Positions 57,041 to 64,000 of a stretch of 64,000 nt of DNA are shown here, one piece after another. This DNA is from Eledone cirrhosa (lineage: Eukaryota). Position 1 is the stretch's first letter. Every line of letters starts with the position of its first letter. Location: contig OZ024740.1 in the NCBI GenBank assembly GCA_964016885.1, forward strand, positions 376,526,001 through 376,590,000, in the 5' to 3' direction. Under the pieces are notes generated by a model. The model was not told where the DNA came from. It ran no database searches and worked only from the letters and a program-made list of their open reading frames with translations. The position numbers and the translations under genes were made by a program.

Positions 57041-58859
57041 TAGCTGCATTTATCTTGCTTTATGTTCATACGAGTTATCACCAAGTCACAACCAGTGACC
57101 TCAAGAGACAACAAGGTCCGCCATGTTCAAGAAAGAACATACATACTCACACATGCATCTTTAGTGTTTAGACTTGTGATGTACTTATATTGACAGAATC
57201 TTCCTTAGTATATGGGCAGTTCCCATTAGTACTATCTTTTGTATTTCTCCTATACGCGGGTTTCCTGGGATTTGCGATAAGTAATCATTAGACCCCTTAG
57301 GTATCATTCCTAGAGCGCCTACAACCACTGGTATTGTTTTAGTTCTCAATTTCCACATTTTTCCAATTTCTATCTCCAGGTCCTTATACTTGCTCAATTT
57401 TTCAAATGTTTTCAAAGATACATTCTTGTCTATTGGAACAGACATATCAATTAGCAGGCATACCCTCTTTTGAAAGTCTTTCAATATTATATCAGGTCTG
57501 TTTGGATGCTAAACAATATTATATCAGGTCTGTTTGGATGCTAAAGTTCCACAAGATTGAGATGTGATCTTTTTCAAGTATGGGAGGTGGTTGATGATCC
57601 CACCAATTCTTTTGATGGGGCAGGTCAAAATGCTTACACATTATCCAATGTATGTATTGTGCAGCTCTGTCATGCCTGTTTAGGTATTCGGTTGGAGCTA
57701 TAGGACTGCACATTGAAATTATATGGTCAATGGTCTCTGGTTGTTTTTTGAATACACGGCATAATGGGCTGCACCCATTTTTTATTATGTTGGCTTGGTA
57801 ATTTTTTGTTGGCAGACATTGATCTTGTGCCGATATAATCAGTCCTTCAGTCTCCGATTTCAGTCCAGAGGATGCCAACCACTGATGGGTTAAAGTTTTG
57901 TCAACATCAGGATTGTTAGCTTGCTCTGGGTATTTTCCATACAGAGGCTTTTCTTGCCATTTCTTAGCCAGTTTCTGTAGCAGTTCTTTCTTTGCAGTTA
58001 CTTTTACCTGCTTTGCTTTTTCTGTGTTTTCCATTTCAGCAGTAAATGGGACTTCTGAAATTTGTAGTCCGTTACTGTATCTTTGTGCATCTTTTGTAAT
58101 GGAATATGATCGTTTGATGCTTTCGTGTTTCAAGACGAGTTTGATCATCCAATCATGTGAGTCCCTTAGATATGTAGATAATCCAATTGTTGCAGTTTTC
58201 AACGCAATGTCTAACTGGATTAACCCACGTCCTCCTTCTTTCCTAGGGAGATATATTCTATCTATATCTGCCTTAGGGTGATGCATTCTGTGCATGGTTA
58301 AGAATTTTCGGATTTTTGTGTCGAGCCTACGGATCTCTGTGCTTGACCAGTTGATGACATTGTAACTGTAGGTTACTACTGGTATGGCAAGGGTGTTTAT
58401 GGCATCGATCCTATTCCTTGCATTCAATTCCGTTCTTAAGATTGCTCTTACTCTGCGGTAACATTCCTTCCTTATCCTTTCCCTCATTGTCGAGTGCTTG
58501 ATTCCGTCTCCTTCACAAACACCTAGATATTTGTAAGTTTTTTCTTGATCAAGTTCTCTTATCACGTTCCCCCGATCAAGATTAATGTCTGAACTCTTCA
58601 GCAGCTTTCCTCTGGTGAACGTTGCTTTGGCGCATTTATCTAGTCCAAACTCCATTTTAATATCATCACTGAACTGCTTCACAGTGGATAATAGCCCTTC
58701 CAATTGTTCATCATTTTTTGCAAATAGTTTCAGGTCATCCATGTAGAACAGGTGATTAATGGTTTTGTCATAGACTTTATATCCATGTTTTGTTTCATTG
58801 AGCATTTTACTTAATGGTATAAGTGCGATGCAGAATAAAAGCGGTGATAAAGAGTCATC
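57041..58859 (-). mobile_element. R4/Dong-clade LINE, 5'-truncated (RT, CCHC-like, RLE), ending in (TAA)n
   Basis: DSLSPLLFCIAL, HLFYMDDLKLF, FGLDKC, GGRGL, CRV..ETIDHIISMC, RHDRAAQYIHW, PDIILKD..LIDMSVP..KLSKYKDLEIE; a ~32-nt tandem duplication at 57483-57544 breaks the frame; taataataa at the 3' end. Confidence 0.92.
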
Positions 58860-59712
58860 TGTTGTTATACCATCAAACCTGCATATTCCCCAGTGTAAAT
58901 ATTGCCCTACTCGGTCATGCTTCATTATATATTACTGAAGAGCGCTAATACTTTGCAGCCTGAAACCATGTGGTCAAGGGTTTCACTATGCCCATTGTAG
59001 AATCGATAATCTGTATCAGTTCCATTTTCGATCACATTGACATTTTCCAATTTATAATATTGAAACTGTAGGTGACGACAGGGATTGCAAGCGCATTTAT
59101 GGCAAATAATCTATTTCTCGAGTTAATCTCCCTTTTCATGACAGAACGTACTCTCTGGTAGCATTCCTTTCTGAATCCCTTTTCCATGCTGGCGTGGCGT
59201 GATGAATACCTTGACATTCATTGATCTCCAGATATCCGTAGGCTTATTCTTGTTCTAATTCCCCAATTACTGAATTCACATCTATTTCTATTGAGTTTAT
59301 GCTTGTCATTCTACGTTTCTTGAATGTTGTATTGGCGCATTTTTCCAGTCCTTCTCCATCCCCACATAATCACTGAACACCTTGATTGTCTTCAGTAGTC
59401 CTTCCAGTTCGTTGTCAATTTTGGCACACATCTCAAGTCATCCATATAAAGCAAGTGAGGTATTATTTTGATGTCTATTTTTTTTGTTACCATATTTTGT
59501 TTTGTTAAGTGCTATTTCTTCTATGATTTGGGATAAGTAACCATTAGACCCCTTAGGTATCATTCCTAGAGTGTCTACAACCACCGAGATTATTTTAGCT
59601 CTCAACTTCCACATTTTTTCCATCTCTATCTTCAGGTCTTTATACTTGCTCAATTTTTCAAATGTTTTTACATTCTTGTCTATAGGAACGGACATGTCAA
59701 TTAACAGACATA
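58860..59712 (-). mobile_element. Scrambled fragments of related R4/Dong copies
   Basis: RLE piece 59520-59712, RT piece 59033-59510 and zinc-knuckle/RHD piece 58860-59030, in non-colinear order. Confidence 0.8.
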
Positions 59713-59727
59713 CAATTATTATTAGTA

Positions 59728-59824
59728 GTAACTTTGCCTTTCATCCTTATGGGGTCGATAAAATAAAGTACCAGTAATACACTGGATAATTGCTGGCCTT
59801 GTGCCAACAGGAGAAACAATTATT
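59728..59824 (+). mobile_element. SINE 3' half
   Basis: taactttgcctttcatccttatggggtcgataaaataaagtaccagt... Confidence 0.85.
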
Positions 59825-60676
59825 ATAATAATAATTATTATTATTGTTCAGTCTTTCAAGACGTGGTTTACATTGGTCGTGTAAGTTTGTTCTATTTACA
59901 CGACCGTTTAACATAGAGGTACGACAAAGAGCCGTACCTATATGCCACGAAGCGTATTGTCCGACGCTCTACCGATACTGCCAACTTTCTCTCTGGTACA
60001 CTTGGACAAATTGTAGGCAATTTGTAAACAAGAATATTAATGACAGTAAATAATGCAAAATATCACGTCTATATATATTGCAGTGGCTATTATCAGTATA
60101 ACTGAAATATAAGGGATTTACCACATAGTCTGTTTGCAGACTGCATGATATTGTGTGATTGTCTTATATAAAACAGTAGTATCTAAATTGCGATTTCTCG
60201 CGTTTCGTTATAATATTCAACATATAATATATCAAATTTTATTTAATTCCTCATTAAATGTTAAAACGTGTAAAATAACCATAATGATAATTCGTTTCAT
60301 TTTTTGAATAGTTATGGAATAATAAAAACTAATGCAATAACAACAACTTGTTTCACATTTTTACGAAATAAATTTAGAATTTAAGCGGTATTACACATAT
60401 TTAATTAAACAGTAATATAATAAAATAGATTCTAATAAATTGGTTATTAAAAACAAATCGCTATCGTAAAATAATATTTGCATAGTTTGGGAAATACATG
60501 TATGCTAAAGGTAGACGCGCTCTATCATCCACTTTTCTAAAAAATAAATCATACACAAAACACCAGCACCAACAGTTTTGCAAGAGATGTCAACATGAAT
60601 GGAGCTGTTATTTCTATCTAAAGACATTTTTTCCAATCCCGCCCCCCCCCCTCAAACTATCTTATTCCTCATTCTT

Positions 60677-60712
60677 TCTTCTGATGAAGGACTAGCGTCC
60701 GAAAAGTCAAGA
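60677..60712 (+). ncRNA. Minimal HHR, one substitution in stem III
   Basis: tctt CTGATGA a ggac tagc gtcc GAAA a g TC aaga. Confidence 0.75.
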
Positions 60713-60807
60713 CCCTCTTCCTGCTATATCAAGCGTTAACCAAATATATCCCTTCCATATACTGTACCGATCGTGTTGTTATTTCTGTTTACCTTTTACA
60801 CACACAT

Positions 60808-60837
<30 letters not shown>

Positions 60838-60838
<1 letters not shown>

Positions 60839-60975
60839 CTAGTCCAGAAATAGCCGTCGAAACGGCTTGAACTCTGCCGTCAGGGTCATACTTTTTCATA
60901 TTTCCCACTCTACTACCCTAAATATTGAGTACTCTGGTGCGTTATGGTCCATCTGGTTCCTTACCACAATTCCTT

Positions 60976-60982
<7 letters not shown>
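60838..60982 (+). mobile_element. Diverged copy of the PLE 3'-end fragment family
   Basis: agtccagaaatagccgtcGAAAcggcttgaactctgccgTCagggtc...ttatggtccatctggttccttaccaca. Confidence 0.85.
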
Positions 60983-61044
<62 letters not shown>

Positions 61045-61681
61045 CATATATATGTGCGTGTGTATATACATATGTGTGTGTGTGTGTGTTTGTCATATAG
61101 AATAATGATTTCATATAAAATAAATATGCTTCTTTTCTACTAACGTACCTATTATCTGTGTTTTATTCCAATCCCCTTCGTAAAAAACATTGACCGAAGT
61201 AAAATTGCGATAGACAGTTGAATCATTGCTGTCTCGTATATTGTGGAATCGTCTTATGAATCAGTCAGCCAAACAACAATTTCCCAAGGCGGTTGCCAAT
61301 TTTTCCTCTCTCACTCATGTAATCACCATAAACATATTGGTTTCATCTCTCTATTTCACTCATTGTTTATTAACAACATGAATCTCTTCCCCTACGTCTC
61401 CATTTTGTACATAAATTCCCTCATCTCTAGAAATATATTAGTCCCACATATATCGCCCCCTTTTATCTCCTCTTCATTATGTTTTGAACTTTTGTAGTTA
61501 TTTCTTAGCTATTGGCAATTTTATTAATTGTTGTACAGCTGTTATATATACATATATCAGCTGTTATATATACATATATCAAACTATTACATGCTTTACA
61601 GGGATTTTTCATAAAATCAAAACATTGTTTATATTTAATAATTAATAATTTTAAATAGGTGATTTCAAACTATAATTTATA

Positions 61682-61884
61682 CATACTCTTATTCGGACTA
61701 ACTTATATAGAAAATATATAAACGGGAATTGATTATGCCATACTCTTATGCGAACTATACTCTTATCCGATATACTCTTAAGCGGACCCATGCACTGTAC
61801 AAAACATAGTACATAAATTCGGGAATTGATTATGCTATACTCTTAAGCGGACTATACTCTTATCCGATATACTCTTAAGCGGAC
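61682..61884. repeat. Minisatellite-like repeat (atactctta subunits; ~65-nt block duplicated)
   Basis: cgggaattgattatgc..atactctta..cggac at 61723 and 61820. Confidence 0.8.
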
Positions 61885-62392
61885 TCGACTCTACTGAGTT
61901 TCGTAATATTCCTTATATATTTTATATAATTTCTACTTGGAAAAACACCGTTGGTTCTCCGATATCCTCTTATTTGGGAGATATTATGTGCAATCGTGAC
62001 ACCGAAAGTTATGTTGGTATGTAGGGCTAATCAAGCCGTTACGTCTTCAAACATGAGTCCAAAGGAAGATAGCACCTGGCTCTCAACGCTGGAGCTTTCT
62101 CCAGGAATATAACATCATCTCGAAAAGAATCCTTTTACAGAAACGGATCAATGAAAGGCAGATAGCCCACTGGAACAACAGAGTATTCATTAAGTATAAG
62201 GCAACTAATTGATAATATAGCCATAGTGAGTCCGTCCTAACATTGCCATTCCTCTCCATTTAAGTAACACTGGCTCCCTCTTACTCACACGAACTATTAT
62301 ATATAGGAGTAAACTATCCCTCAATTTACACTGCGACATCACCCAGTAGGAAAATACGTATACAATGTAATCTTATGTATACGAAAATACGG

Positions 62393-62423
<31 letters not shown>

Positions 62424-63635
62424 ACCAATGCACAAACATGTTTAGATCGTCAATTCCTATGTCAGAAAGACAAGATACTACATCACCAGTCAATCCACTC
62501 CCCTTCGTCTATACCAGATAGAACACGCTATCGATTGCGCGCCCCTTTGAATGAGTGGTGATGTCGGAATGCAGATATAAAATTTACTTCCTAAACCACA
62601 AGACGATATTATTTTTTTTTTGTTACATGGGATACAATACTAAACACACGAGTTATTTCTGGGACTGCAAAGGCAGCGATATGGCCTTCCCATCAAATGA
62701 AGGATCTTGGGAAGATCTCGGATCGATTCAAATGTTGCCAAGATGTGCCAGCTCTGTACGACGAAGAGACGGAGTATATTTAAGTTGCACATCATCACTA
62801 ACTATCTTAACACGAGATTATGCCTACCTTCGCCCCATCACCCATACCCACTTATAAACAAGCACTGGAAATTTACACCGTCATCAAGATAGGATATTTG
62901 ATAACCAGTGACTTCACCATCAGTTTCACAGACCACTGACTTTTCCAAAATTGTTCATATAGGTTCTCATTTACAACACTATGATACACAATGGTTATTG
63001 TTTCAGAATCTTTCCTTTTGTTCCGTTTCTACTATATGTAAACATCAATAAGATATCGAATACTTAAACAACTCGTGGTAGGGATATCTTTATATAAGCT
63101 AGACTAACTAAAATATATTTATTTGTCGGTCTGGCTTATACTCCCATAATTAGAGTTTTTATGACTTAAATTTAATAGGTAAAATTGCGTCTCTGGGTGA
63201 TATTTTATCCACGTTTTGAGAATTTTTATTATTAGACACTAATTAATATTTAATTAATATAAAACTACTCCTTAATTTGTCAAGTTGTATCTGAGGGTAC
63301 TGTAACTGCTATTTCTAGCGACATTATAAGTCTGTCGCATTGTCCTAATATATTAGGAGGTATTTGATGATTTAATAGTTCAACAACACAACGTGCGATT
63401 TTGGACAACATGCTGCCTGGGCAATTGAAACGGTACGTATAATTTCTTGGTCAATAGCCTCTTAGTTTTGGAGACACCCCTGAAGAGTATTGCGTATTCT
63501 TCAATTATTGGTAATTTTGTCGTCTGTCTGGCTTATACCCCCATAAGCAGAGTTTTACTCACTTAAATTTAATATGTAATATATATATACATATATATAT
63601 ATATGTGTGTTTGTGTGTGTGTGTGTACATATTAA

Positions 63636-63755
<120 letters not shown>

Positions 63756-64000
63756 ATATATTTATATATATATGCTACATATTAAATTTATATATATATT
63801 ACTTATTAAATTTATATATATATATATATATAAGTATATATGTATATACACAAAGACACATATACCTATAAGTATATGTATGTATTTATTTCTAGCTACA
63901 TGCGGGTTCCTGATCAATCAATTTATTAATCGATGTCTCGCTGAAACAATCTATCTATCTTTCTATCTTCTATCAACTAATATTTATTTTATACAAAATT

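Noticed and set aside
61682-61884. Short repeats with spacers resembling a CRISPR array
   Set aside because: Eukaryotic context, the spacers are themselves repeated, and there are no cas genes; this is a minisatellite.

Overview
AT-rich eukaryotic genomic DNA full of microsatellites ((TA)n, (CA)n, (GAA)n). It is most likely an octopus/cephalopod, inferred from the recurrent tRNA-derived SINE families. I found no intact host gene, and most ORF-track entries are translations of dinucleotide repeats. The window is a retroelement graveyard dominated by Penelope-like elements (PLEs: RT plus C-terminal GIY-YIG). One near-intact ~600-codon PLE of the CxCx5C-linker type (probably Hydra clade) lies at 23594-26704, with further PLE bodies at ~5.9-7.9, 38.6-40.9, 44.1-45.5, 46.6-47.8 and 53.4-53.9 kb. 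There are also R4/Dong, HERO-like, CRE-like and RTE LINE fragments, a Helitron helicase remnant and many SINEs. The main signal not shown by the ORF track is at least 15 type I hammerhead-ribozyme (HHR) motifs, read by eye. Several share a compensatory U3:A8 core (UUGANAA), several have 60-100 nt stem II insertions, and many sit in fold-back palindromes inserted into (TA)n whose inversion points fall inside the ribozyme. All structure calls are manual base-pairing; none was computed or tested.
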